Positions 30,601-40,616 of a DNA stretch of 64,000 nt are shown in pieces. A program made the translations under genes and the position numbers. The stretch covers positions 3,040,001 through 3,104,000 of the forward strand of contig CAWGAA010000001.1 in assembly GCA_963820525.1 (NCBI GenBank), in the 5' to 3' direction. Within the stretch, counting starts at the first letter, position 1; the number at the start of each line of letters is the position of its first letter. The notes below the pieces were generated by a model. The model was not told where the DNA came from. It did no database searches and saw only the letters and a list, made by a program, of their open reading frames with translations. This DNA comes from an uncultured Spirochaetota bacterium. Lineage in GTDB: Bacteria > Spirochaetota > Spirochaetia > SZUA-6 > Fen-1364.

Positions 30601-31316
30601 AAGGGCCCGCCCGGCGTGTCGGCCGCCCCCGGGCTTCGCGCCCGGGAAAGCGGCGCATCGGCTGGGCCCGGCAGATACACGCGATCAGCGGCCACCTCGA
30701 AGCCCATCACGCCGGTCTTCCCCTTCCCTCCGTCTCCGAGGTGGCCCGAAACGACAACGACCCTTTCCGCGTCCTGATCGCAACGATGATCAGCCTCCGC
30801 ACCAAGGACGAGGTCACTGCGCGATCCGCCGCCCGGCTCCTGGCCGCCGCCGCCACGCCGCGGGCCCTGGTGGATCTGCCGGAAGCGCGGATCGCCCGGC
30901 TGATCTACCCCGCAGGCTTTTTCAGGGTCAAGGCCAGGAGCCTGCGCGCGACGGCCCGGATCATCGTGGAGCGTCACGCCGGCACGGTGCCGAGCCGGAT
31001 GGAGGAGCTTCTCGCCCTCCCGGGGGTCGGCAGGAAGACGGCGAATCTCGTCAGAAACCTGGGCTTCGGCCTTCCCGGGATCTGCGTGGACACCCACGTT
31101 CACCGGGTCTCAAACCGCATGGGATGGGTTTCCACCAGGACTCCGGAGCAGACGGAGAAAGCCCTCAGGGAACGGCTCCCCCGGAGGTTCTGGATACCGA
31201 TCAACGAGCTTCTGGTGAGGTTCGGGCAGGCCGTCTGCACTCCGCTCTCGCCGTGGTGCGGCGAATGCCCCGTCGGCAGGTGGTGCCCGCGGGTCGGGGT
31301 GGTGAGGAGCAGGTGA
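30597..31316 (+). CDS. nth: Endonuclease III
   Basis: LPGVGRKTAN, VDTHVHR, C-x6-C-x2-C-x5-C. Confidence 0.92.
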   Translation: MKGPARRVGRPRASRPGKRRIGWARQIHAISGHLEAHHAGLPLPSVSEVARNDNDPFRVLIATMISLRTKDEVTARSAARLLAAAATPRALVDLPEARIARLIYPAGFFRVKARSLRATARIIVERHAGTVPSRMEELLALPGVGRKTANLVRNLGFGLPGICVDTHVHRVSNRMGWVSTRTPEQTEKALRERLPRRFWIPINELLVRFGQAVCTPLSPWCGECPVGRWCPRVGVVRSR

Positions 31317-31693
31317 TGCAGCGAGTGACGGCCGCGATCATTGAAGAGGGCGGAAAGGTCTTCATCGCCCGCAGACGGGAGGGAAAGAACCTGGCGGGCA
31401 AGTGGGAGTTCCCCGGCGGCAAGATCGAGCCCGGAGAGACGCCCGAGGAGTCACTGGCGCGCGAGCTGGCCGAGGAGCTGGACCTTCGCGTGAGCGTGGG
31501 GGAGCTTCTCTGCCGCGTGTTCTTCGAAAGCGGCCAGATCAGCCTCGAGCTCCTCACGTACCGGGTGAAGCGCCTGTCCGGCGAGCCGGTGCTGCGCGAG
31601 CACGACGATGCGCGCTGGGTGGAGCCCACGGAACTGGGTTCTTACGATCTTGCGGATTCGGACAGGAGGGTCGTCGACGAGGTGTTCGGCTGA
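31316..31693 (+). CDS. MutT-like NUDIX hydrolase
   Basis: WEFPGGKIEPGETPEESLARELAEEL Nudix box; ATG overlaps nth stop. Confidence 0.9.
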   Translation: MQRVTAAIIEEGGKVFIARRREGKNLAGKWEFPGGKIEPGETPEESLARELAEELDLRVSVGELLCRVFFESGQISLELLTYRVKRLSGEPVLREHDDARWVEPTELGSYDLADSDRRVVDEVFG

Positions 31694-31730
31694 CGGAGGG
31701 GAGAGGACGCGCCCCTCCCCTCCGGCGTCG

Positions 31731-32087
31731 CTACTTCTTCACCTTCGCCTTCAGCGCCGACTCCTTGAAGGTCTTGCTGAAGGTGAAGCGGGGAACCTTG
31801 GTCGCGGGCTTGGCCGCTATCGTGATGTTCTCTCCCGTGAGGGGGTTCCTGCCCTGTCGGGCCTTGCGGGCGGGGCGGATGCGGATGAACGCCTTGCCCA
31901 TCTTGCCCATAGCCACGCGTTCGCCCCTCATCACGCCGGCGGCCAGGAGCTCGAAGAGGTCTTCCACCAGCTGCTTCACGTCCTTCTTCGGGAGCCCGTT
32001 CTTGTCGGCGAGATAGCCCACCATGGAGGTGCCGGTGAGCTTGTCAGGAAGTTTCGCGTTCGCCTTTTTCGCCTGTGTCTTTGCCAC
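31731..32087 (-). CDS. HU family DNA-binding protein
   Basis: ARQGRNPLTGENITIAAK. Confidence 0.92.
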   Translation of the reverse strand: MAKTQAKKANAKLPDKLTGTSMVGYLADKNGLPKKDVKQLVEDLFELLAAGVMRGERVAMGKMGKAFIRIRPARKARQGRNPLTGENITIAAKPATKVPRFTFSKTFKESALKAKVKK

Positions 32088-32298
32088 TGCTCTTCCTCGT
32101 TTATCCCAGATTGTTCCAGCGACCTACGGTCGCGTTCGTATGTTTCCTCGAAGATATACCGAAGCGATATCACTTGTCCAGGGGTTCCCCCCCCCTTGAG
32201 TTTTTCCCGCCCATCACGAGGTTCTGCGCCGCGCCGATACTCAGAAGAAGGGGGTGGTTTTCATCCCCGTATTGACAGGTGAGCGCGAGGTCGATAGC

Positions 32299-32808
32299 AT
32301 GACGCGTAACAAGATAATGGTTGTCCACCATTGCTTCGAAGGCGGCACCGTTGTTTTCCGGCTTGAGAGCACGGATAAATACGCGGCGCTCGGAGAGCTC
32401 ATTCGCAAGGCCCCCGTCTTCCGGGAGGTGAGAGATCTTCCCTCGTTCGAAGAGTCCGTGTTCAGCCGCGAGAAGATGCAGAGCACCGGCCTCGGCCACG
32501 GCGTGGCTGTGGCCCACGGAAGGATCGACGGCGTGAAGCGCGTGATCATCGCGTTGGGGCTTTCCCATCAGGGAATTCCCTTCGACGCGCCCGACGGTGA
32601 GCCGGTGCGCCTCCTTTTCCTCATCGCCTCCCCGATGCACACCACGATCGACTACCTCCAGGCCCTTTCCACTCTCGTTCGCGTCCTGCGCGACTGCTCC
32701 ATGCGCGAAACACTCCTCTCCTGCGCCGATGCCGAGCTGATCGAGAAGACAATCCGCTCCGCGTTCTCCCTCTCTCTGGGGCGCTTCGCCTGCAGCCCCG
32801 CCACCTGA
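32299..32808 (+). CDS. PTS IIA domain protein
   Basis: REKMQSTGLGHGVAVAH, FDAPDGEPV. Confidence 0.88.
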   Translation: MTRNKIMVVHHCFEGGTVVFRLESTDKYAALGELIRKAPVFREVRDLPSFEESVFSREKMQSTGLGHGVAVAHGRIDGVKRVIIALGLSHQGIPFDAPDGEPVRLLFLIASPMHTTIDYLQALSTLVRVLRDCSMRETLLSCADAELIEKTIRSAFSLSLGRFACSPAT

Positions 32809-32813
32809 AAGCA

Positions 32814-33557
32814 ATGCTCATCGTCCCCGCGATCGACCTGTATGGGGGCCGCTGCGTGCGCCTCCTGCAGGGGAGCTTCTCCAATACGACCCGCTATGAC
32901 GACGATCCGGCGGCCCGGGCCGCCGGATTCGTTGATGCGGGAGCGCGCATGATTCACATCGTAGACCTGGACGCTGCCGCGGGAAAGGGAGCGGACAACC
33001 GGAAGGTGATCGCCGCGATCCGCTCCGCCGTGCCCTGCCTTCTCCAAGCAGGCGGTGGCGTCAGGAGCGAGGCGGACGCCCGCGCGCTGGTGGACCTCGG
33101 CGTGGACAGGATCGTCGTGGGAACGGCCCTGGTCCGCTCTCCCGGCGAGGTGGCCCGCTGGATCTCCCTTTTGGGCCCGCGATTCATCGGCGGCATCGAC
33201 GCACGGGATGGGCGCGTGAAGGTCTCGGGCTGGGCGGAGGATGCGGAGCTCCAGGACGAGGATGCGGCGGGGCGCCTGGGCGGGCTCGGGCTTTCAGGTC
33301 TGGTTTATACAAACATCAGCAGGGACGGCACCCTGGGCGGGCCCGATATCGAGCGGACCTCCCGGGCCGCGCTCGCCTCGGGGCTTCCCACCATCCTCTC
33401 CGGCGGCATCGGATCGGACGCCGATGTCGAAGCGGTCTTCGCTTTCGCGGATCCCCTGATTCGGGGAGTCATCGTGGGCAAGGCGCTCTACGAAGGCGCC
33501 GTGGATCTATCGGATCTGGTCAGGCGTTTCGATCGTGACCCCGAGGTCCGCTGGTAG
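32814..33557 (+). CDS. hisA: ProFAR isomerase
   Basis: PAIDL..GRCVRLLQG, HIVDLDAA, GGGVRS, RDGTLGG. Confidence 0.92.
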   Translation: MLIVPAIDLYGGRCVRLLQGSFSNTTRYDDDPAARAAGFVDAGARMIHIVDLDAAAGKGADNRKVIAAIRSAVPCLLQAGGGVRSEADARALVDLGVDRIVVGTALVRSPGEVARWISLLGPRFIGGIDARDGRVKVSGWAEDAELQDEDAAGRLGGLGLSGLVYTNISRDGTLGGPDIERTSRAALASGLPTILSGGIGSDADVEAVFAFADPLIRGVIVGKALYEGAVDLSDLVRRFDRDPEVRW

Positions 33558-34059
33558 CCGCCATCTCCGCAATCATCTCGTCGACGATCTCTTCAGGGCT
33601 CTTCCCCTCGACGCTCACCAATCGTCCGACAGCCTCGTAGACGGGCAGGCGGGACCGGAACATCCTCTGCAGGGCTTCCGGCTCCTGGCCGAGCAGGGGG
33701 CGGGAAGGGCCCGGGCCCGTGCGGGCCAGAGCAGTTTCCAGCGTGACCTCGAGGTAGAACGTGAAAGCTCTGCGCAGGAAGAAGAGGCGGTTTTCCTCGC
33801 GAAGCGGCGCTCCTCCTCCGGCCGCCACGACGATTTGACTTGCCTCCTCGAGGGATTTCAGGCATTGCGACTCCAGGGCGCGGAAAGAATCTTCCCCTTG
33901 CCCGCGGAAGATTTCCGCGATCTTTTTTCCGGCCTGCTCCTCGATCAGGTCGTCGAGGTCCACGAAGCGATATCCGATCCTTTCGGCAAGCAGCCGGCCG
34001 ACGGTCGTCTTGCCGCATCCCATGAAGCCGACGAGGGCGATGCGGAGGGGCGGGCTCAT
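33520..34059 (-). CDS. aroK: Shikimate kinase
   Basis: GFMGCGKTTVG, FVDLD, GGG, RPLL. Confidence 0.92.
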   Translation of the reverse strand: MSPPLRIALVGFMGCGKTTVGRLLAERIGYRFVDLDDLIEEQAGKKIAEIFRGQGEDSFRALESQCLKSLEEASQIVVAAGGGAPLREENRLFFLRRAFTFYLEVTLETALARTGPGPSRPLLGQEPEALQRMFRSRLPVYEAVGRLVSVEGKSPEEIVDEMIAEMAATSGPRGHDRNA

Positions 34060-34928
34060 TGGCGGGCTCCGCCTGGGTTCCGCCTGGCTAGCGCGGCGTC
34101 GATGGCCGCGTCGAGGGCCGGCTTCAGCTCGGGTGAGCTTTCGGCGTAGCGGATGATGGCGTCGATGTATCCCGCAGGCTCTCCCGTGTCCAGCCGCTCG
34201 CCTTCCATGCGCTTGTAGACCAGGCGTCCCCTCTTTGCGAGGGCCTGGAGCGCGGGAGCGTGCCAGAACTCGCCCGGCGCGTCGTCGCGTTTTTCCCACT
34301 CGCGCTCGAGCTGATCGAGGAAGTCGGGGGCATAGAGGTACCTCCCGATGGAAGCCTCGCGGCTGGGCTCCCGGCCCTTGGGAGGCTTCTCCACGATATC
34401 CGTGACGTGAAGGTTGTCGGCCCCGATGGAGATTATCCCGTAGCGGTTGATGTCCGGCGGGTCATGGATCGTCGCCATGACCGAGCAGCCCGTTTCCTCG
34501 TAGAGGTCCATCAGCTGGCGCGCCAGCGGCTTTTCTCCCCTGTGAAGGTCGTCGGCGTAGGCGACGACGAAAGGCTCGGAGCCGACGAAGGGACGCGCCA
34601 GGAGCAGGGCGTGGCCAGTGCCGCGCATTTCCCTCTGCCGCACGAAGAAGAGCTTCGCCTTGGAAGGCTGGATGCGCTCCAGCCTGGCCGTCTCTCCCCG
34701 CACGCGGAAGAAACCCTCCAGCTCAATCTCACGGTCGAAATAATCCTCCAGCGCCTTCTTGCGGCGCGATGTGACGAAGAGGATCTCCGTGATCCCCGAG
34801 GCAAGGAACTCCTCCACGATGAGATCTATGGAAGGCCGGTTGACGAGGGGGAGCATTTCCTTGGGGATTGTTTTTGTCGCGGGCAGGAACCGAACGCCAT
34901 ACCCGGCGGCGACCACGACGCCTTTCAT
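34056..34928 (-). CDS. galU: UTP--glucose-1-phosphate uridylyltransferase
   Basis: AAGYGVRFLPATKTIPKEMLP, VEKP. Confidence 0.9.
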   Translation of the reverse strand: MKGVVVAAGYGVRFLPATKTIPKEMLPLVNRPSIDLIVEEFLASGITEILFVTSRRKKALEDYFDREIELEGFFRVRGETARLERIQPSKAKLFFVRQREMRGTGHALLLARPFVGSEPFVVAYADDLHRGEKPLARQLMDLYEETGCSVMATIHDPPDINRYGIISIGADNLHVTDIVEKPPKGREPSREASIGRYLYAPDFLDQLEREWEKRDDAPGEFWHAPALQALAKRGRLVYKRMEGERLDTGEPAGYIDAIIRYAESSPELKPALDAAIDAALARRNPGGARQ

Positions 34929-35061
34929 ACGATCGAATATACCCGAAGGCGTCCGCATTGCTCAATCAGCAGCCCCGGGAAAGCCGCTTTTATTGACTTA
35001 AGCCGCGCGGAATGGTTTACTCTGGATCAAAATCGAGCATCTCGTCGGCCGTGGGAGGAAT

Positions 35062-36282
35062 ATGAAGATCTGGATCAAGCTTCTCGTGGGCTCTCTGGTG
35101 GGCTTGGTGGTGGGGCTGCTCATTCCGCAGGCGGCGGATGCCGCCCTCGCCTCGATTTCCTCCTTCCTGATCGGGATCGGCCGCTACGTGATATTCCCCT
35201 TCGTCTTCTTCTCCCTGGGCATCGGCACCTCGGAGCTGCGGCAGGAGCGGAGGCTGGGCCGCGTGTACCTTTCCTCGTTCAAGTACCTCGCCCTCTCCAC
35301 CCTGCTCCTGATCGTCATCGGAACCGTATCGGTGCTGGTGTTCCCCCCCGAGCGAATCCCCATCACGGTGGAGGCGGACAAGGCCTTCCAGCCCGTGAGC
35401 ATCATCGGGGGGCTCACCGCCATCTTTCCCCGCAACCTGTTCTCCGTGTTCATCACCAGCGGCGATTTTCTCTTTCCCCTCATGGTCCTCGCGTTCTTCC
35501 TCGGCGCCAACATGGATTTCGACAGGCAGCTCACGCGCCCCATCGTGCAGATTTTCGACTCCCTCTCCCGCATCTTCTACCACCTGAACTCGCTGATCGT
35601 GGAGCTTTTCGGTCTGGCCATGATCGCCATCACCGCGGCCTTCATGGTGAGCATCTCGCATTCGGATCTCGGGATGTACAAGCAGATCCTCATCATCCTG
35701 GCCGTCGACGTGGTGATTGTCGTGTTCGGCGTGTTTCCCGGCTGCCTCTACCTCCTGGGCGTGAAGTCCAATCCCTACCGCTGGCTGTACGCCAGCATCG
35801 GCCCGGCCATCGCGGGGTTGTTCACGGGAGACCAATACATCGCGCTGGGGGTGCTCACAAAGCACGGCAAGGAGAACCTCGGCGTGCCGCGGATGATCGG
35901 CTCCGCCGTCTATCCCCTGTTCGCCACCCTGGGGCGCGCGGGGACAGCCATGATCTCCTCGGTCTCCTTCATCCTGATCCTCCGCTCCTATTCCAGCCTG
36001 GAGATCACCTTCTTCCAGGTGCTCTGGGTCCTCGCCTTCTCCTTCGGCATCTCCTTTGTCCTGGGGGCCGTTCCGGGAAGCGGCACGTTCTTCGCGATCT
36101 TCATGTTGTGCAATCTCTATGGGAAGGGGCTTCAGGAGGGGTATCTGATCCTCAAAGGCATCGCTCCGCTCCTGGTGAGCTTTGGGGCCTTTATCGATGT
36201 GCTCGCCTCCGCGTTTACGTCGCTTCTGATCGCGCGCGAAGAGAACATCTGGAGCGAGGTGGAAACGGAGAACTTCATCTAG
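35062..36282 (+). CDS. Dicarboxylate/amino acid:cation symporter (DAACS family)
   Basis: Multi-TM protein; IFPRNLF, PLFATLGRAGTA, GAVPGSG. Confidence 0.8.
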   Translation: MKIWIKLLVGSLVGLVVGLLIPQAADAALASISSFLIGIGRYVIFPFVFFSLGIGTSELRQERRLGRVYLSSFKYLALSTLLLIVIGTVSVLVFPPERIPITVEADKAFQPVSIIGGLTAIFPRNLFSVFITSGDFLFPLMVLAFFLGANMDFDRQLTRPIVQIFDSLSRIFYHLNSLIVELFGLAMIAITAAFMVSISHSDLGMYKQILIILAVDVVIVVFGVFPGCLYLLGVKSNPYRWLYASIGPAIAGLFTGDQYIALGVLTKHGKENLGVPRMIGSAVYPLFATLGRAGTAMISSVSFILILRSYSSLEITFFQVLWVLAFSFGISFVLGAVPGSGTFFAIFMLCNLYGKGLQEGYLILKGIAPLLVSFGAFIDVLASAFTSLLIAREENIWSEVETENFI

Positions 36283-36314
36283 GGATCCGTGACGCGGCCG
36301 CCTGTGGCGCGCCG

Positions 36315-36980
36315 TCACGGTTTTGCGGGTGCTTCTCCAAGCCGGATTGCGAAGCCGATCGTCCCCGACAGCATGAGCTGATCCAGAAACGGGAGGCCTT
36401 CGCCGTCCCAGAGGTGGAACACGGGATAGAAGGCCCGAAGAGAAAAGATCAAACCGAGGAAATCCAGGGCCTGCCACTTCAGGAAGATCCGCGTCTCGGG
36501 ATAGAAGAACCTCCCGGAGCCGAAAAAGTACGCCAGGGCGGGGTCCCTTCCCGCGACGCTCGCCGCGCTCGTGTTCACAAGCTCCAGGGGAAAACGCAGG
36601 AGGCAGTCCAGGCCAAGGGATCCCCCGATCTCGAGGGCCTCGGCGATGGGGAACCGCAGCGTGGCGTGGAGGCTGACGAGCGCGGCGATGGTGAAGAAGC
36701 CCGCGTTCGATTCGATTTCCGTGGGAACGGCGCGGGAGCCCGTGTACATGTAATCGAGGCCGTAGAACTCGAGCCCCGGCTCCAGGTAGAAAGGCGCCGC
36801 GATTTCGATGGGAAGAGAAGCGCCGAACATCGGCACGAGGGGGGACGGAGCGGCCTGCGGATCCGTGGCCCCGATGAACAGGAGGCCGGCGTTGATGTCC
36901 AGCTCGCCCAGCGACAGGCAGAAGGCAGGGGAGGCCGCGACGGCGGAGAGAAGAACCGCGACGAGCACTTTTCTCTTCAT
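36315..36980 (-). CDS. Exported protein, possible outer-membrane beta-barrel
   Basis: Signal peptide, alternating amphipathic strands. Confidence 0.55.
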   Translation of the reverse strand: MKRKVLVAVLLSAVAASPAFCLSLGELDINAGLLFIGATDPQAAPSPLVPMFGASLPIEIAAPFYLEPGLEFYGLDYMYTGSRAVPTEIESNAGFFTIAALVSLHATLRFPIAEALEIGGSLGLDCLLRFPLELVNTSAASVAGRDPALAYFFGSGRFFYPETRIFLKWQALDFLGLIFSLRAFYPVFHLWDGEGLPFLDQLMLSGTIGFAIRLGEAPAKP

Positions 36981-37043
36981 GAAAAAAAGTATAGCACATG
37001 CAAAAGAAAACGCATATCGTGGCGAATGGGGAAGGGAGCACAG

Positions 37044-38192
37044 ATGACATCGATCCGCGCTTTTTCGATCCGCTTTTTATTCGTCCTCGCGGCCGTTTTC
37101 TCCACGGCGGTGGGGCGGGGGGAGGCGGCCGGGCAGGAGGGGCGCTTTCCATTCGTCTTCGACATCGTGCCCGTGATCTGGGGATGCGACGTGGGCATCG
37201 GCTACCGGGGTTGGAGCGCCCTTTCCGGCCTCGACACGATCCTCTGGGTGTACGCCGGCGGCGGCTACGAGCAGATGACCTATCAGCGGCTGCCCGACGG
37301 CACGCTCATCACGGGCAAGGCGCCGGCGTGGGTGGCTCCCGGCACGGACCCGTTCTACAACCGCTGGAGCGGGCGCTGGCAGCTCGGTATTGCCCAGGGG
37401 ATCTCGTGGAACCCCCGCATCGAGGCGAATCTCCTGGAAACGTTTCTCTTCTATCGCGGGCGGCTGGATTCCAATCAACAGAGCGGCGCAAGCCAGCTCC
37501 TGTTCCTCTCCACGATCCCCGACAGGAACGGGATTTTCCAGAACGCCCTGCTCGCCGGGCTGAAGCTCAACGATCTCTCCCTGGACCCTCGAACCAAGAT
37601 GAAAAAGGGCGTTCTGGCCGAGCTTTCCCTGGAGTGGGGGCCCGCGTTCTTCCTCAACAGCTTCCTCGGCACTTCCGATTACGCGCGCGCCAACCTGACA
37701 GGCCGCGTGTTTCTTCCCCTGTTCGACGTCGATCCGTCCGGCCAAATGAACCTCTTTGCCGTCTCTCTTTCCGAGTTTTTCGCGGCGGACTACGCGTTCG
37801 GCGCAAACGTCCCCCTGAACATCCGCCAGACCTTCGGCGGGCTGGATCCCCGGGTGGGCCTGGGCCTTGCCATGCGGGGGGTCGATATGGGGAGCATGGA
37901 CACGAACCTGAAGCTGGTGAACAACCTCGAGCTGCGCGCCACACTGCCGGCCCTGTGGATGCGGGACCTGGTGCCGGGCGTGGTGGCGTATTTCGATGCG
38001 GGATACTTCAATCAGATCGGCGAAGGGTTCCCCTCTCCGGCGAGCGGATTCCTCTGTTCAACCGGCGCCGGCGCGTTCATCGACGTTTTCGATATCACGT
38101 CCCTCACGGGATACGTGAACTATCGCCTCACCGGCGTCAACGGGGACGGGAGCCGGCTCACCTTCAGCTTCGAGTTCGACGTGAAGTTCTAA
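37044..38192 (+). CDS. Outer-membrane beta-barrel protein (Omp85-like C-terminus)
   Basis: Signal peptide, MRG and NNLELR motifs, FDAG, C-terminal Phe. Confidence 0.6.
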   Translation: MTSIRAFSIRFLFVLAAVFSTAVGRGEAAGQEGRFPFVFDIVPVIWGCDVGIGYRGWSALSGLDTILWVYAGGGYEQMTYQRLPDGTLITGKAPAWVAPGTDPFYNRWSGRWQLGIAQGISWNPRIEANLLETFLFYRGRLDSNQQSGASQLLFLSTIPDRNGIFQNALLAGLKLNDLSLDPRTKMKKGVLAELSLEWGPAFFLNSFLGTSDYARANLTGRVFLPLFDVDPSGQMNLFAVSLSEFFAADYAFGANVPLNIRQTFGGLDPRVGLGLAMRGVDMGSMDTNLKLVNNLELRATLPALWMRDLVPGVVAYFDAGYFNQIGEGFPSPASGFLCSTGAGAFIDVFDITSLTGYVNYRLTGVNGDGSRLTFSFEFDVKF

Positions 38193-38223
38193 CAAGGACT
38201 TTCCGTAGACCTCGTGATGTCGG

Positions 38224-38514
38224 CTATTTGAACCTCGTGGTTGCCGATTTGACCGCCTGGCCGAGAGCCTCCCACGACTTTTCGACGCCGGTCTTCAAAT
38301 CCTCCCAGGCGCCCTCGCCGGCATGAAGGAGGGCGTCCAGCTTTTGCTGCGCCTCTGCGCGTTGTGCGCGCAGTTTTTCGATCTGCATGGCGTATTCCAC
38401 TTTCCCCTCGGCCTTGACCAGATTGGCCCGCGCTTCCAGCTTGCCGATCTCCACGTTCCACACGTCGATTCTGCTTTTCAGCTTGTTCACAAAGGCGTCT
38501 CGCTTTTCGCTCAT
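38224..38514 (-). CDS. Coiled-coil protein (sll1863-like)
   Basis: KRDAFVNKLKSRIDVW...AWEDLKTGVEKSW. Confidence 0.75.
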   Translation of the reverse strand: MSEKRDAFVNKLKSRIDVWNVEIGKLEARANLVKAEGKVEYAMQIEKLRAQRAEAQQKLDALLHAGEGAWEDLKTGVEKSWEALGQAVKSATTRFK

Positions 38515-38569
38515 CGCAATTTCCCCCTATATATATATTGTACAGAAATTCCCTTCGCGCAAGGATCAT

Positions 38570-38692
38570 AGGAATGAAAAAAGCAGCAGCATCATATGGA
38601 TCGTCTCCGCGAAACGGCCCGAGACCAGGGAAAAGCGGGCAAAGGAGGCTGCGCGCCTGCTTGAAAAGAATCAGAAGTTCGGATTGAAATAA
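38570..38692 (+). pseudogene. C-terminal remnant of a YdeI/OmpD-associated family gene
   Basis: WIVSAKRPETREKRAKEAARLLEKNQKFGLK with no plausible N-terminus. Confidence 0.6.
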
Positions 38693-38730
38693 AGCATCAA
38701 AACCAATACCATTCGGGCGGAGGGGGGCAT

Positions 38731-38913
38731 ATGGCGGAGAGAATCGGCGATTTCTTGCTCAGGATCGGCGCGATAGAAGCGAAGCAGCTCGAGGAAGTGC
38801 TGCGGATCCAGAAGTCGGGGGATTCGAGGCCTTTCGGCGTCATCGCAGTCGAGTCGGGCTACGTTGCGGAAAGCGCAATCGAGCAGTTCGCCACCGCCCA
38901 GAAGACGAAATAG
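38731..38913 (+). CDS. Stand-alone MshEN-type (c-di-GMP-binding motif) small protein
   Basis: RIGDFLLRIGAIEAKQLEEVLRIQ plus second repeat PFGVIAVESGYV; GGAGG RBS. Confidence 0.7.
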   Translation: MAERIGDFLLRIGAIEAKQLEEVLRIQKSGDSRPFGVIAVESGYVAESAIEQFATAQKTK

Positions 38914-39084
38914 CCCTCGATACGCCTGTGGTGCTGACCCGGCAGTTGACGGTCATCGCGTCACATCGGGCACCACCGTTGCGTTCCACAGAAATCGCCA
39001 CAGACCCCCAATGGCGCACGACACGCAGCCTGCCTTGACTCTTTTACGGAATGAATTCCATCTTTAATAGTGGATGGAAATGCA

Positions 39085-40092
39085 ATGCCAGGACTCGCGC
39101 GTCTCAAGCTCATCTTGTTCGCCATTATTTTTCCGTTTTACCTTGGCTGCGTCGATCTCGTCCCCATTGAAGTCACCATGCCGGGTGAAATCGACATGAC
39201 GGGATTGCGCAGGATTGCCGTGGTTCCATTTGCCCCGCCCGCGAAGGACAATGGCAATCCTACGGTCGAATCGAGTATCAAGTACGCTGCGGATCTGGCC
39301 TTGGGCCGTCCCCGCAGCAGCCCGAAGGAACAGGAAGCGGTTGCCCGCGACGTGACCGATCATGTCACCAGTCTCTTGTCGGACACGGGCTTCTTCACGG
39401 TTGTCGATTCTGAAGCCGTTCTGGCCGAGCTGGCAAAAGAAGATGATACCGCCGTCAGCCCCCAGCAATTGGGCCAGGCCATTGGAGTCGATGCCCTCAT
39501 CACGGGGAACCTCACGCGCATGAACATCATGGTGCAGGAACAATCGATCGAGAAGCCAAATGGGATGAGCGACAGCACCGTGTTTTTGAAGAGGGCTGAA
39601 ATCCAGGTCACGTATCGCGTTCTGGATGTCAAGACGAACCAGCTTGTCGTGCAGCGAAGCTTCAATGGAGACGATGCCTTCATAGGCTACGGCGGAAGTC
39701 CCGTTCTCCCTTCGGACCTCGAGATGTTCCAGAAATTATCCGCCCGGATTCTTTCCCCCATTCCCCATCAGCTTGCCCCCTACGTCGTGGTTGAAAACCG
39801 TCCGCTTCTGGCCGACAACACGGATCCTGAAATGAAAGGTTTGAAGCAGCTCGTCGACAAGAAGATGTATCCTGAGGCGCTTGAGGGGTATCAGAAAATA
39901 TGGCAGTCCACGGGCAACCGCGTTGCCGGATATAACGCCGCTATCTTGAAAGAGAAATTGGGCGACATTGACGGGGCCATCTCCGTCATGAGAGAAGTCG
40001 CCGCAGCCACCAAGGACAGCAGAGCGGCCGCCGAGCTCCAAAGAATGATGAACGCGAAAGGAGAGATGGAGGCGGCAGCGGCGGAGATGTGA
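39085..40092 (+). CDS. Lipoprotein with CsgG-like and TPR-like regions
   Basis: Lipobox YLGC, RRIAVVPF, GVDALITG, helical C-terminus. Confidence 0.6.
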   Translation: MPGLARLKLILFAIIFPFYLGCVDLVPIEVTMPGEIDMTGLRRIAVVPFAPPAKDNGNPTVESSIKYAADLALGRPRSSPKEQEAVARDVTDHVTSLLSDTGFFTVVDSEAVLAELAKEDDTAVSPQQLGQAIGVDALITGNLTRMNIMVQEQSIEKPNGMSDSTVFLKRAEIQVTYRVLDVKTNQLVVQRSFNGDDAFIGYGGSPVLPSDLEMFQKLSARILSPIPHQLAPYVVVENRPLLADNTDPEMKGLKQLVDKKMYPEALEGYQKIWQSTGNRVAGYNAAILKEKLGDIDGAISVMREVAAATKDSRAAAELQRMMNAKGEMEAAAAEM

Positions 40093-40199
40093 AGAGCTGC
40101 CGCGAGTCACCAGCGTAGAGCGTTGAAGCAGACATGCGCAGCTAGCCAAACATCTTATCATGCCAATCAACTCTCGATATCGCTAGCTATGCTATCTGT

Positions 40200-40478
40200 G
40201 GACTTGTGACCGGTGGAGAGCATGCAACTTATCCTGTGAAATAATTCTATTATCTACGCAAAAATCAATCTATCTATTATTTTCTGGGAATATAAATCAA
40301 ATTCATCTTTATCAATAGATGTCTTTTGCAGCGAAATAGCTTGGTTTAATAGTCTCCTCCATTGTTTTAGATCTGTGAAAAACTTTGTTCGTATATCTTC
40401 TTGAAGTGGATAGTAAATAGGATCGTCATCCCAAATACCTTTTATCTTTGCCAAATAAGATTTTTGAAGTTTATCTAG
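40200..40478 (-). pseudogene. Internal fragment of a type IIG-like restriction-modification gene
   Basis: FFTDLKQWRRLL...QKIIDRLIF then frameshift to CVDNRII; resembles the helical linker of Eco57I-like enzymes; no start. Confidence 0.5.
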
Positions 40479-40493
40479 CAGGGTGTTGAAAAA
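40479..40493. mobile_element. Solitary IS-end-like sequence
   Basis: CTAG followed by CAGGGTGTTGAAAAA exactly where the R-M fragment is cut; no partner end found. Confidence 0.35.
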
Positions 40494-40616
40494 GTTTGTT
40501 TTTCATTGAGCAAAGGCCAATATTAGCTTAATACCATCCTATCACATTAGCGCAAGAGGGGGCGACAATGCGAGGCCGTTGCGCCATTCTATGCCAATCA
40601 TTCATCACTATCTAGA

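Noticed and set aside
34260..38192. 1310 aa plus-strand ORF
   Set aside because: Shadow frame across galU, the symporter and a minus-strand gene; only 37044-38192 looks like a real protein.
40161..40600. ATGCCAATCA repeated near 40161 and 40591 as possible island att sites
   Set aside because: Only 10 bp, no matching copy seen at the other island end, and no associated tRNA or integrase.
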